A stretch of DNA of 39,375 nt, taken from the sequence record MZ234024.1. One strand, 5' to 3'. Positions 18,103-27,674 of the stretch are shown here, in pieces (position 1 is the first letter of the stretch; each line of letters begins with the position of its first letter). The position numbers were made by a program, and so were the translations under genes. The DNA comes from Escherichia phage vB_EcoP-101136BS1. Below the pieces are notes generated by a model. That model worked only from the letters and a program-made list of their open reading frames with translations, searched no databases and had not been told where the DNA came from.

Positions 18103-18795
18103 ATGGCTAAAGAGAAACTGAAGACTTTCACCACTCCGGTAGCTGGTATCGTTGAGCCTTACGCATGGCTGAACAAAGCAGACACCAAGTTTAACGAGCG
18201 TGGTGAGCATAAGGTTAACCTGACATTCGACCTGAGCGACCCGAAGGTCCGTAAGATGATTGATGTCTTACAGAAGATTCACGACGATGCGTATGCGAAA
18301 GCACTCGCAGACCACGAGAAGAACCCACCTCAGGTTCAGCGTGGCAAGAAGCCTATTGAACCACGTGAAGGCGACATGCCGTGGATTGAGAATGGTGACG
18401 GTACTGTTACCCTTAAGTTTAAATGCTTTGCGTCTTACCTGAAAGACGGCAAGTCCGAGCCTATCGTATTACGGTTCTACGACACCGATGCTAAACTCAT
18501 CCGTGACGTCCCGAATATCTGCGCTGGGTCTAAGATGAAGGTCAAGTTTAAAGTCCTGCCGTTCAAGTGGAACGCTGCGACTGGTGCAAGCGTTAAGCTC
18601 CAGCTTGAGTCCTGCCTTCTGGTAGAACTGAAGGAGTGGAAAGGCGATGGTGGTGATGGTGGCTGGGGTGATGATGAAGACCTTGGTACTGGCTACAAAG
18701 CGCCAACCGATGGTGACTTCGGTGACGATGACTTCGGTGACGATGGTTCCGAAGGTGGTGACGACTCCAACTCTGGTGGCGATTACGACTTCTAA
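18103..18795 (+). CDS. gp2.5: single-stranded DNA-binding protein (gp2.5) with an extended Gly/Asp-rich acidic C-terminal tail ending in DF
   Basis: 230 aa; acidic tail ...GDDDFGDDGSEGGDDSNSGGDYDF with a terminal Phe as in T7 gp2.5; position between gp2 and endonuclease I. Confidence 0.85.
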   Translation: MAKEKLKTFTTPVAGIVEPYAWLNKADTKFNERGEHKVNLTFDLSDPKVRKMIDVLQKIHDDAYAKALADHEKNPPQVQRGKKPIEPREGDMPWIENGDGTVTLKFKCFASYLKDGKSEPIVLRFYDTDAKLIRDVPNICAGSKMKVKFKVLPFKWNAATGASVKLQLESCLLVELKEWKGDGGDGGWGDDEDLGTGYKAPTDGDFGDDDFGDDGSEGGDDSNSGGDYDF

Positions 18796-19247
18796 TGGCC
18801 CAATGGTCTGCAAAACGGGGGCACTCTGTGGGTGCCTACCGCTCTGGACTTGAAGCCAAGAACCAGCAGTGGCTGGAACAGAACGGCGTCAAAGCGGAGT
18901 ACGAAAGCCATTATATCAACTATGTGATTCCGGCTTCCGACCACAAGTACACACCAGACTTTATCCTTCCAAACGGTATCATCGTGGAGACCAAAGGTAT
19001 CTTCGATAGTGATGACCGTAAGAAGCACCTTCTGGTACGAGAACAGCACCCAGAGTTAGACATCCGGTTCGTGTTCTCAAGTTCACGCTCCAAGTTATAC
19101 AAAGGGTCTCCAACCACGTATGGCGCATGGTGCGAAAAGAACGGCTATAAGTATGCCGATAAATTCATCCCGGTTGAGTGGCTTCGAGAGGCGACTGTAC
19201 GTCTGCCTTCAGGTATACTCATCCCCAAGAAGAAAGGAGTTAAGTGA
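18795..19247 (+). CDS. gp3: endonuclease I (Holliday junction resolvase, gp3)
   Basis: 150 aa (T7 is 149); YTPDFILPNGIIVETKG...EWL conserved. Confidence 0.9.
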   Translation: MAQWSAKRGHSVGAYRSGLEAKNQQWLEQNGVKAEYESHYINYVIPASDHKYTPDFILPNGIIVETKGIFDSDDRKKHLLVREQHPELDIRFVFSSSRSKLYKGSPTTYGAWCEKNGYKYADKFIPVEWLREATVRLPSGILIPKKKGVK

Positions 19248-19738
19248 TGAGCAAGAAGTTTAAACTGTTAGTAGATGCGCATGGCTGGCCTAGTGGGACT
19301 ATAGTTACCAAGTGTGAGAATGACCCCGTACCAGATTCAAGAATGACCCTAGTTGAGTGCCAGATTCCAGGCGCATACAAACATGGGTCTAACGGCGGCA
19401 ATACTCAGCCTGAGGGTATGTGGGGAGCATGGGTCCTTAATTGGAAACTTGAGGAAATCAAGCCGGAAGAGAAACTCACTGGTGTCCAAACCACTCAAGT
19501 CCTGCCAGCTTCGAGCGTACCGCCTGTGACTTTGAAGCGTGAAGTCCTGACCATCGACAAGATTGGTGTAGGCCAGACGTTCATCGTCCATGGAAAGCCT
19601 GAAGAAGTTTACGTGAAGATTAGCAACTCACACGTCTTCAACCATAAGCATCTCCAGATGCACACCACGGACGCACAACGCTTCACCCAGCACCTGAATC
19701 TGGTTGTCGTAGAATTGGTGGTGTACAATGGTAAGTAA
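19244..19738 (+). CDS. hypothetical protein, 164 aa, between endonuclease I and the amidase
   Basis: Start overlaps the gp3 stop and the stop overlaps the amidase start; no recognisable motif. Confidence 0.6.
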   Translation: MMSKKFKLLVDAHGWPSGTIVTKCENDPVPDSRMTLVECQIPGAYKHGSNGGNTQPEGMWGAWVLNWKLEEIKPEEKLTGVQTTQVLPASSVPPVTLKREVLTIDKIGVGQTFIVHGKPEEVYVKISNSHVFNHKHLQMHTTDAQRFTQHLNLVVVELVVYNGK

Positions 19739-20186
19739 GGTACAGTTCAATCCACGGTCCCGGACCGACGCTATCTTCGTACACTGTTCGGCTACCAAGC
19801 CAGAGATGGACATCGGGGTAGAGACCATCCGTATGTGGCACAAGCAGCAAGGCTGGCTGGACGTAGGCTACCACTTTATCATCAAGCGCGATGGCACTGT
19901 GGAAGAGGGACGCCCGGTCAATGTCGTAGGGTCACACGTTAAGGACTGGAACTCACGGTCTGTAGGCGTCTGCCTTGTAGGTGGAATTGACGCTAAGGGC
20001 AAGTTTGAAGCTAACTTCACTCCGGCCCAGATGAACTCCCTGCGCAACAAGCTGGCTGACCTGAAGGTCCTGTATCCTCAGGCAGAAATCAAAGCACACC
20101 ATGACGTAGCACCTAAGGCGTGTCCAAGTTTTGACTTGCAACGCTGGCTGTCTACCAATGAACTGGTCACTTCCGACCGTGGTTAA
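19728..20186 (+). CDS. gp3.5: N-acetylmuramoyl-L-alanine amidase / T7 lysozyme (gp3.5)
   Basis: 152 aa; DAIFVHCSATKP, WLDVGYHFIIKRDGTVEEGR, GVCLVGGID, HHDVAPKACPSFDL, NELVTSDRG nearly identical to T7 lysozyme. Confidence 0.95.
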   Translation: MVSKVQFNPRSRTDAIFVHCSATKPEMDIGVETIRMWHKQQGWLDVGYHFIIKRDGTVEEGRPVNVVGSHVKDWNSRSVGVCLVGGIDAKGKFEANFTPAQMNSLRNKLADLKVLYPQAEIKAHHDVAPKACPSFDLQRWLSTNELVTSDRG

Positions 20187-20210
20187 TAAACTCTAAGGGA
20201 GAACAACCCA

Positions 20211-20426
20211 ATGATTAAACTTATCGAATTTCTTGGTCGTCTGGTGGTGCGTGGTTATCGTCGTGCTGCGGTACGGGAACGAAAGGTAGAAAAGAAGACT
20301 GCGGACGGTGCGGCTGATGCTGCTGCTCTGGCTGACAAGCTGACCATCGCGTCACTGGAAGCTGGCATGAAGGCGCGTCAGGCTGACACCAAAGCCGACC
20401 AGTTGTCTCAGTTCTTCAAAGCCTAA
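20211..20426 (+). CDS. hypothetical protein, 71 aa (T7 gene 3.8 position, but no HNH motifs)
   Basis: ORF with N-terminal hydrophobic segment and Ala/Lys-rich helix. Confidence 0.5.
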   Translation: MIKLIEFLGRLVVRGYRRAAVRERKVEKKTADGAADAAALADKLTIASLEAGMKARQADTKADQLSQFFKA

Positions 20427-20444
20427 ACTATCACCTTAGGGATG
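20422..20444 (+). promoter_or_regulatory. variant phage promoter (CCTAAACTATCACCTTAGGGATG)
   Basis: Upstream consensus intact, but the -4..-1 region is CTTA instead of TATA. Confidence 0.45.
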
Positions 20445-20491
20445 GGACCGTGAGTCCTGTCCCTCTGTTCGCATTTGTGATTAAGGAGTGA

Positions 20492-22195
<1,704 letters not shown>

Positions 22196-22206
22196 GGAGG
22201 AGTACA

Positions 22207-22371
22207 TTGCTAAGAAAACTTAAAGCTCGCTACCATCGGTTCATGTACAAATGGTGGAGCGACGAAGCAACCTGCCTGTCGAACATTCTGGGAGACCAGC
22301 GGTTCAACTCTGAGGCATGGAAGAAAGCTAACCGGAAGTTCATGTATCACTTCTTGCGTACAGACTTCTAG
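22207..22371 (+). CDS. hypothetical small basic protein (gene 4.3/4.5 region)
   Basis: ORF-track 22174..22371 overlaps gp4; a TTG at 22207 follows AGGAGG by 5 nt. Start is uncertain. Confidence 0.35.
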   Translation: MLRKLKARYHRFMYKWWSDEATCLSNILGDQRFNSEAWKKANRKFMYHFLRTDF

Positions 22372-22384
22372 GTCTAGACTCAAG

Positions 22385-22430
22385 GTCATTCATAGCGAGT
22401 GGCCTTTATGATTAGACTAAAGCGGAGGAT
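22385..22430 (+). promoter_or_regulatory. conserved element TAGACTCAAGGTCAT...GTGGCCTTTATGATTA, candidate RNase III site upstream of the DNA polymerase gene
   Basis: Third copy of the 6161 motif. Confidence 0.45.
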
Positions 22431-22435
22431 TAACC

Positions 22436-24607
22436 ATGTTTGACCTTAAGAGTATCTGGGGTTCTGACATCGAGACCAACGGTCTCCTTGATACAGTCTC
22501 CCAGTTTCACTGTGGGGTCCTGATTAACGCCGAGTCGAATGAGACCCTTAAGTATGGGGTAGCTCCGATGGTCGGTATCGTCGGCGGCTTCAAAGAGTAT
22601 GTTCATAAAGTGGAAGAGATTGCCGCATCACCTGATGGTATGCTGGTATTCCATAACGGTATCAACTATGACGTCCCGGCTATAGACAAGCTGAAGCGTT
22701 TGTACTTTGGGAAACGCTTTAACTTCCCGAAACATAAGATGATTGATACCTTGGTGCTGGGACGCTTGATGTATCCAAACATTAAGTTCTCAGACATGGG
22801 CGCGGTAAAAGCTGGTCGTCTGCCACCTAAGATGATGGGACGCCAGTCTCTTGAGGCTTGGGGCTATCGTCTCGGTGAGATGAAAGGTGAGTACAAACAC
22901 GATTACGTTGCCAAGTGCAAGGCTGAAGGTATCGAATATAAGGCTGGGGACGAATGGTTGTTCCCGTCTCAGGAGATGCTGGACTATAACGTTCAAGACG
23001 TTGTGGTCACACTGGCGTTGTTCAAGAAGTTCCTGACTGACAAGTATTACTTCCAGTCTGAACAGTTCGCTTTCGACCAGATTTATGCGTTGCGTCTGGA
23101 ACATGATGCTGCGTGGACCTGTGCGAAGATGGAGTGTAACGGCTATCCGATGAACACCGAGATGGTCGAAGGCTTATATCGTGAACTCACTGTCAAACGT
23201 GCAGAGTTGCTGGACAAGCTGCGTTCGACTTTCGGTAGCTGGTACGCACCAAAGGGAGGCAAGGAGTTCTTCAGGCATCCACGGACAGGTAAGGACCTTC
23301 CGAAGTATCCGAGGGTCGTGTATCCTAAGGTCGGTGGCATCTTTAAGAAGCCGAAGAACAAAGCTCAACGCTTAGGTCTTGAACCTTGTGAACGCGATAC
23401 GCGAGACACGATGGAAGGAGCACCATTCACGCCAATCACTTACGTTGAGTTTAATCCGGGAAGCGGAGACCACTTAGCGAAAGTCCTGATGGAGCGTGGC
23501 TGGGAGCCTGTTGACTTCACTGACACCGGGAAACCTGTAGTCGATGACGAGACGTTGGAACACGTTAAGTTACCAGACGCAGAGGCTCAGGCTTGCGTAG
23601 AGCTGGTCCGTGAGTATCTGGTAGTCCAGAAGCGCATCGGTCAGGCTGCTGAAGGTAAGAACGCATGGTTGAAACTTGTAGGTCCAGACGGACGTATGCA
23701 CGGCTCAATAAACCCATGCGGGGCAGTAACCGGACGTGCGACCCATAGTTCACCAAACATGGCTCAGGTCCCGGCTAACGGTGCTCCATATGGTGAGACT
23801 TGCCGTGGTGCTTTCGGTGCAGCGTGGAACAAGAAGGACGGTAAGCCAGACCCTTGGATTCAAGTTGGTGTGGATGCCTCAGGTCTTGAGCTTCGTTGTC
23901 TTGGGAACAGAGCGGCTACGTTTGATGGTGGTGCATATGCGAAGACTGTGGTAGAAGGTGACATCCACTGGGCCAACGCAGTAAACGCTGGGTTAGCACC
24001 TAACGTCCAACGCGATAAGTCTAACCACGACCATGAGGCTTTCCGTAACAACGCTAAGACGTTCATCTACGCGTTCCTGTATGGTGCAGGGGCCGCTAAG
24101 ATTGGACTGATAGTAGGCGGTGGTAAGAAGGAAGGTTCAGCGCTAATGAAGAAATTCATTGAGGGTACACCAGCTATCAAGGACCTCAGGGAAGCTGTAA
24201 GTAATACGTTAATCTCAGACTCTAAGTGGGTGGACGGAGAGAACATCGTTAAATGGAAACGTCGCTGGCTGAAAGGTCTGGATGGTCGTCGTATTCACAT
24301 CCGGTCTCCACACTCAGCACTTAACGCCCTACTTCAGGGGGACGGTGCGGTTGTCTGTAAGCACTGGATGGTACTGACTGAGAAGAAACTTGAAGAGGCT
24401 GGTTACGGTAACGGATGGGACGGCGACTTTGCGCTAATGGCTTGGATTCACGATGAATTGCAGATAGCGTGCCGTACTCAGGAGATAGCAGAAGATGTCG
24501 TCCGTATTGCTCAAGAGGCGATGCGCGAGGTCGGACGCTTCTATAACTTCAAGTGTGAACTTGATACGGAGGGTAAGATTGGACCAACGTGGAAAGAGTG
24601 TCATTGA
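22436..24607 (+). CDS. gp5: DNA polymerase (gp5), family A with 3'-5' exonuclease
   Basis: 723 aa; exonuclease motif DIETNGL, polymerase motifs NFKCELDTEGKIGPTWKECH, KTFIYAFLYGAG, HDELQ. Confidence 0.95.
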   Translation: MFDLKSIWGSDIETNGLLDTVSQFHCGVLINAESNETLKYGVAPMVGIVGGFKEYVHKVEEIAASPDGMLVFHNGINYDVPAIDKLKRLYFGKRFNFPKHKMIDTLVLGRLMYPNIKFSDMGAVKAGRLPPKMMGRQSLEAWGYRLGEMKGEYKHDYVAKCKAEGIEYKAGDEWLFPSQEMLDYNVQDVVVTLALFKKFLTDKYYFQSEQFAFDQIYALRLEHDAAWTCAKMECNGYPMNTEMVEGLYRELTVKRAELLDKLRSTFGSWYAPKGGKEFFRHPRTGKDLPKYPRVVYPKVGGIFKKPKNKAQRLGLEPCERDTRDTMEGAPFTPITYVEFNPGSGDHLAKVLMERGWEPVDFTDTGKPVVDDETLEHVKLPDAEAQACVELVREYLVVQKRIGQAAEGKNAWLKLVGPDGRMHGSINPCGAVTGRATHSSPNMAQVPANGAPYGETCRGAFGAAWNKKDGKPDPWIQVGVDASGLELRCLGNRAATFDGGAYAKTVVEGDIHWANAVNAGLAPNVQRDKSNHDHEAFRNNAKTFIYAFLYGAGAAKIGLIVGGGKKEGSALMKKFIEGTPAIKDLREAVSNTLISDSKWVDGENIVKWKRRWLKGLDGRRIHIRSPHSALNALLQGDGAVVCKHWMVLTEKKLEEAGYGNGWDGDFALMAWIHDELQIACRTQEIAEDVVRIAQEAMREVGRFYNFKCELDTEGKIGPTWKECH

Positions 24608-24638
24608 CCCTCGAACCCAGACCCTACGCTTCCACACC

Positions 24639-24920
24639 ATGCCTACCGGATGTATCGTCTGCGTGTCCCACAAGAGGAACCAAGATGGGTACTTCCGGTA
24701 CTCCATGGGAAGCTACAGGAAGGGCAACAAGTTCGCCTTCATGTTCCACCGATGGGTGTGGGAGCAGAAGCGCGTACCTATACCAAATGGCTACGAAATA
24801 GACCATTTGTGCTTGAACCGTGGGTGCTGCAACATAGAGCATCTACAGTGTATTCCAAAACGCGAACACGTCATTAAGACGAACCGTGAGCGCAAACTTG
24901 TTAAGAAGGAGTGTCACTAA
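24639..24920 (+). CDS. HNH endonuclease-like protein (gene 5.3 position)
   Basis: 93 aa from the ATG at 24639 (ORF-track frame begins inside gp5); motif YEIDHLCLNRGCCNIEHLQ. Confidence 0.65.
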   Translation: MPTGCIVCVSHKRNQDGYFRYSMGSYRKGNKFAFMFHRWVWEQKRVPIPNGYEIDHLCLNRGCCNIEHLQCIPKREHVIKTNRERKLVKKECH

Positions 24921-25204
24921 TGGCTATTACTAAACGTATTCGTGTGAGTTTTGATCTGAAGATGGTTGTTAACTCAAAGGAAGAAGATACCATGTGTCGC
25001 CAACTGGCCGAGATGACTAAAGCCTACGCTGAGGGTGAGGAGCTGGATGGTCTTCAGTTGGCTATGGTCAAAACCGCAATCGAGTCAGGCCCTGAGTCTG
25101 CCCTTGAAATTGCCCTCAAGAAGACCATCAAGGATGAGCTGGTAGACGACTTTGGTTATGGCCAGTTCGGAGTATCTAACCTGCGATTCGAGGTCAAGCA
25201 ATGA
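24920..25204 (+). CDS. gp5.5: gp5.5-like protein
   Basis: MAITKRIRVSFDL resembles the T7 gp5.5 N-terminus MAMTKKFKVSFDV; ~94 aa. Confidence 0.6.
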   Translation: MAITKRIRVSFDLKMVVNSKEEDTMCRQLAEMTKAYAEGEELDGLQLAMVKTAIESGPESALEIALKKTIKDELVDDFGYGQFGVSNLRFEVKQ

Positions 25205-25410
25205 GTGAATACTTACGGGTCCTAGCGGCCCTTAAGTCCTGCCCGAAGACCTTCCAGTCCAACTATGTGCGCAACAACGCTGCACTTGTGGCTGAGGCTG
25301 CGAGTCGTGGACATCTAAGCTGCCTGTCTATGGATGGGCGTAACAACGGTGCGTGGGAGATTACCGCTGCTGGCACCAAGTTCCTGAACCAACACGGAGG
25401 ATGCCTGTGA
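25201..25410 (+). CDS. gp5.7: gp5.7-like protein
   Basis: 69 aa, the same length as T7 gp5.7; KSCPKTFQSNYVRNNA.LVAEAASRGH.SCL...GAWEITA.GT.FL near-identical. Confidence 0.85.
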   Translation: MSEYLRVLAALKSCPKTFQSNYVRNNAALVAEAASRGHLSCLSMDGRNNGAWEITAAGTKFLNQHGGCL

Positions 25411-26273
25411 GCGAAAAGAAAATAGCTCTGGTGCTAGACGGTGACTACTTAGTGTTCTCTTCTATGGCTGCTGCCGAGGACGAGACAGACTGGGGTGATG
25501 GCATCTGGACCCTTATCTGCGACCATGAGAAGGCTCGTCGTATCCTTGAGAACACCATCGCTGAAATCGTTAAGAAGCGTAAGGCGTGGAAAGACGCTAA
25601 GATTGTGATGTGCTTTACTGACGATAACAACTGGCGTAAGGACGTGCTACCTACCTATAAGGCCAATCGTAAAGGTTCCCGCAAGCCTGTAGGTTACAAG
25701 AAGTTCGTAGCCGAAGTGATGGCTGACCCACGGTTCAACAGCTTCCTGCGTCCTACGCTTGAGGGCGATGACTGTATGGGTATCATCGGGACCAGACCTC
25801 AGATTGTTGGATGTGACCATGCGGTTCTGGTGTCCTGTGATAAGGACTTCAAGACCATCCCGAACTGTGAGTTCTTCTGGTTAACCACTGGTGAAATTCT
25901 GAGTCATACGACTGCTGAGGCAGACTACTGGCACATGGAGCAGACCATCAAGGGTGACACTACAGATGGCTACGGCGGGATTCCGGGGATGGGTGAGGAC
26001 ACCACTCGTGCGTTCCTTGACGAGCCGTACTACTTCGTGCAGGAGAGCCGTGAGCTTAAGACTGGAAAGAACAAAGGCCAGATTAAGACTGAGTGGAAGA
26101 AGTATCCTAAGCGTGAAGACATGACGCTGTGGGACTGCATGGTGACTCTGGCTGCTAAAGCTGGGATGACCGAGGAGGAACTTCTGGTCCAAGCTCAGGT
26201 AGCTCGTATTTGCCGAGCCTCCGACTACGACCCTAAGTCCAAGGAGGTCATCCTATGGACACCATCCATGTAA
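25401..26273 (+). CDS. gp6: 5'-3' exonuclease (gp6)
   Basis: KANRK, KPVGY, SCDKDFKTIPNC, QTIKGDTTDGY, LWDC, KAGMTEEEL match T7 gp6. Start may be the ATG at 25401 or the GTG at 25407. Confidence 0.9.
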   Translation: MPVSEKKIALVLDGDYLVFSSMAAAEDETDWGDGIWTLICDHEKARRILENTIAEIVKKRKAWKDAKIVMCFTDDNNWRKDVLPTYKANRKGSRKPVGYKKFVAEVMADPRFNSFLRPTLEGDDCMGIIGTRPQIVGCDHAVLVSCDKDFKTIPNCEFFWLTTGEILSHTTAEADYWHMEQTIKGDTTDGYGGIPGMGEDTTRAFLDEPYYFVQESRELKTGKNKGQIKTEWKKYPKREDMTLWDCMVTLAAKAGMTEEELLVQAQVARICRASDYDPKSKEVILWTPSM

Positions 26274-26347
26274 TTTACTGGGCCGGACTTCTGGCCCTTT
26301 ACTGCATGTACAAGTGGTTCGGGTCGAACAACCGTCCTAAACACTAA
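26255..26347 (+). CDS. possible small membrane peptide, 30 aa (gene 6.3 position)
   Basis: AAGGAGG RBS 7 nt upstream; hydrophobic VIYWAGLLALYCMYKWF; overlaps the gp6 3' end in another frame. Confidence 0.35.
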   Translation: MDTIHVIYWAGLLALYCMYKWFGSNNRPKH

Positions 26348-26399
26348 GTCTAACCGATAGTCATATACTATCAATCCAACAGTCATCCATAGGTGAAAC

Positions 26400-26422
26400 A
26401 CTAAACTATCACTATAGGGACT
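26400..26422 (+). promoter_or_regulatory. phage RNAP promoter (phi6.5 position)
   Basis: CTAAACTATCACTATAGGGACT, full consensus. Confidence 0.85.
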
Positions 26423-26483
26423 TTAGGACCTAAGATATGACTATAAGATAGACTTTAGTCTTAACTTAAAGAGGAGATTCAAG

Positions 26484-26756
26484 ATGGCGCTTAATGCTAT
26501 TGAAAACGTTGTTAAGCAATTACAGGAAGAAAGACTTGATGTCCCGAACATCTCCCAGTCTGCCATCCAGTTCCTGCACGTACTGTTCAACGCAAGCTAC
26601 GCTGAGAAGATGGGAGCTATCAGTCTCCTCAAGCAGCAAGGCTACAGCGATGCGTTCATTGCCGGGTTCATCAAGGGTCTCCAGTATTGTTCTGACACTC
26701 TCGACTCTGCGATTGCTATGCGTCGTGAGCTGAAAGATACCGTTCAGTTCGATTAA
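26484..26756 (+). CDS. gp6.5: gp6.5-like protein
   Basis: 90 aa; GFIKGLQYCS matches T7 gp6.5 GFIQGLQYAS. Confidence 0.6.
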   Translation: MALNAIENVVKQLQEERLDVPNISQSAIQFLHVLFNASYAEKMGAISLLKQQGYSDAFIAGFIKGLQYCSDTLDSAIAMRRELKDTVQFD

Positions 26757-26770
26757 CTGTAGGAGGGACT

Positions 26771-26995
26771 ATGTGTTTCAGTCCAAAGATTAGCACTCCG
26801 AAGCCTTCGGTCCAAGCACCTGAACCAGCACCTCTGAGTGAGGAAGTTGCGTCAGTTGACATCGGGGCTGAATCGGATGTGGACACCAACGAGACCAAAG
26901 GTATCAAAGACCTTAAGGTTAAGAAGGAGTCTGCACCTAAAGATAAATCGTCAGTTAGCCGCGCTATGCGAGCCTCTGGCGTCAACATGGGGTAA
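26771..26995 (+). CDS. gp6.7: gp6.7-like virion protein
   Basis: MCFSPKISTPK ... EPAPLSEEV matches T7 gp6.7 MCFSPKIKTPK ... EPAPLTQEV. Confidence 0.75.
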   Translation: MCFSPKISTPKPSVQAPEPAPLSEEVASVDIGAESDVDTNETKGIKDLKVKKESAPKDKSSVSRAMRASGVNMG

Positions 26996-26999
26996 GACA

Positions 27000-27422
27000 A
27001 TGCTACCATATCTCAACTCACGCGAAGGTCGCCACATGTGCGCTTGCCTCCTCTGGGAAGACGGGCAGTCTAACTTCAAGTCATTCGAGGACTTCAAGGC
27101 TCATACTTACCGTATGGCTGACGAGTTCGATGGTGAAGAGTACACAATCTACGATGTCTCAGGTCAACCAGTAGCGTATCTCTACATGCTGGCTACCGCA
27201 TCTTGGCACCGACCGACTCCCGGTCTTGACCTTTCAATCGTCGCTATTCGTCGTGACTCGCAGTCCTCCCGCAAGGTTCTTGAGACGGTCAGACACATCA
27301 TAGACGAAGAGTGCAAGCGTTGGGGTCTTGGCTGGTATTCTCGTATCAAGCATGTTTCCGGGTCGGTAGACATCGTAACAACCAAGTGCGTTAGCACGAA
27401 CAAGGAGATTAATCGTGGGTAA
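27000..27422 (+). CDS. gp7-like protein (assigned by position)
   Basis: 140 aa from the ATG at 27000, following the gp6.7 stop; the ORF-track frame begins upstream at 26838. Confidence 0.5.
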   Translation: MLPYLNSREGRHMCACLLWEDGQSNFKSFEDFKAHTYRMADEFDGEEYTIYDVSGQPVAYLYMLATASWHRPTPGLDLSIVAIRRDSQSSRKVLETVRHIIDEECKRWGLGWYSRIKHVSGSVDIVTTKCVSTNKEINRG

Positions 27423-27663
27423 ATCAATCAGTAAGGCCTTCAAGAAAGTGGTGAAAAGTACGTTAGGGACAGTGGGTCTTGGCTCTGACGATGCACCTAA
27501 GGTTGTTGAGGCTCAGACCCCAGCAGCACCAGTGGAAGTACCGAACGACAAAGTGGAGGATGTGGATACTGAAACAACCGCATCTGACGAGAAGAAAGTG
27601 AAGCGTTCCGGTAAGCGTAGCCTTCAGGTCTCTCGCACCTCTGGTGGCGGTATTTCTATTTAA
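27415..27663 (+). CDS. gp7.3: gp7.3-like tail/virion protein
   Basis: GTG start with AAGGAG RBS; MGKSISKAFKK ... RTSGGGISI matches T7 gp7.3 MGKK ... RSSGGGINI. Confidence 0.7.
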   Translation: MGKSISKAFKKVVKSTLGTVGLGSDDAPKVVEAQTPAAPVEVPNDKVEDVDTETTASDEKKVKRSGKRSLQVSRTSGGGISI

Positions 27664-27674
27664 GGAGGTGACGA

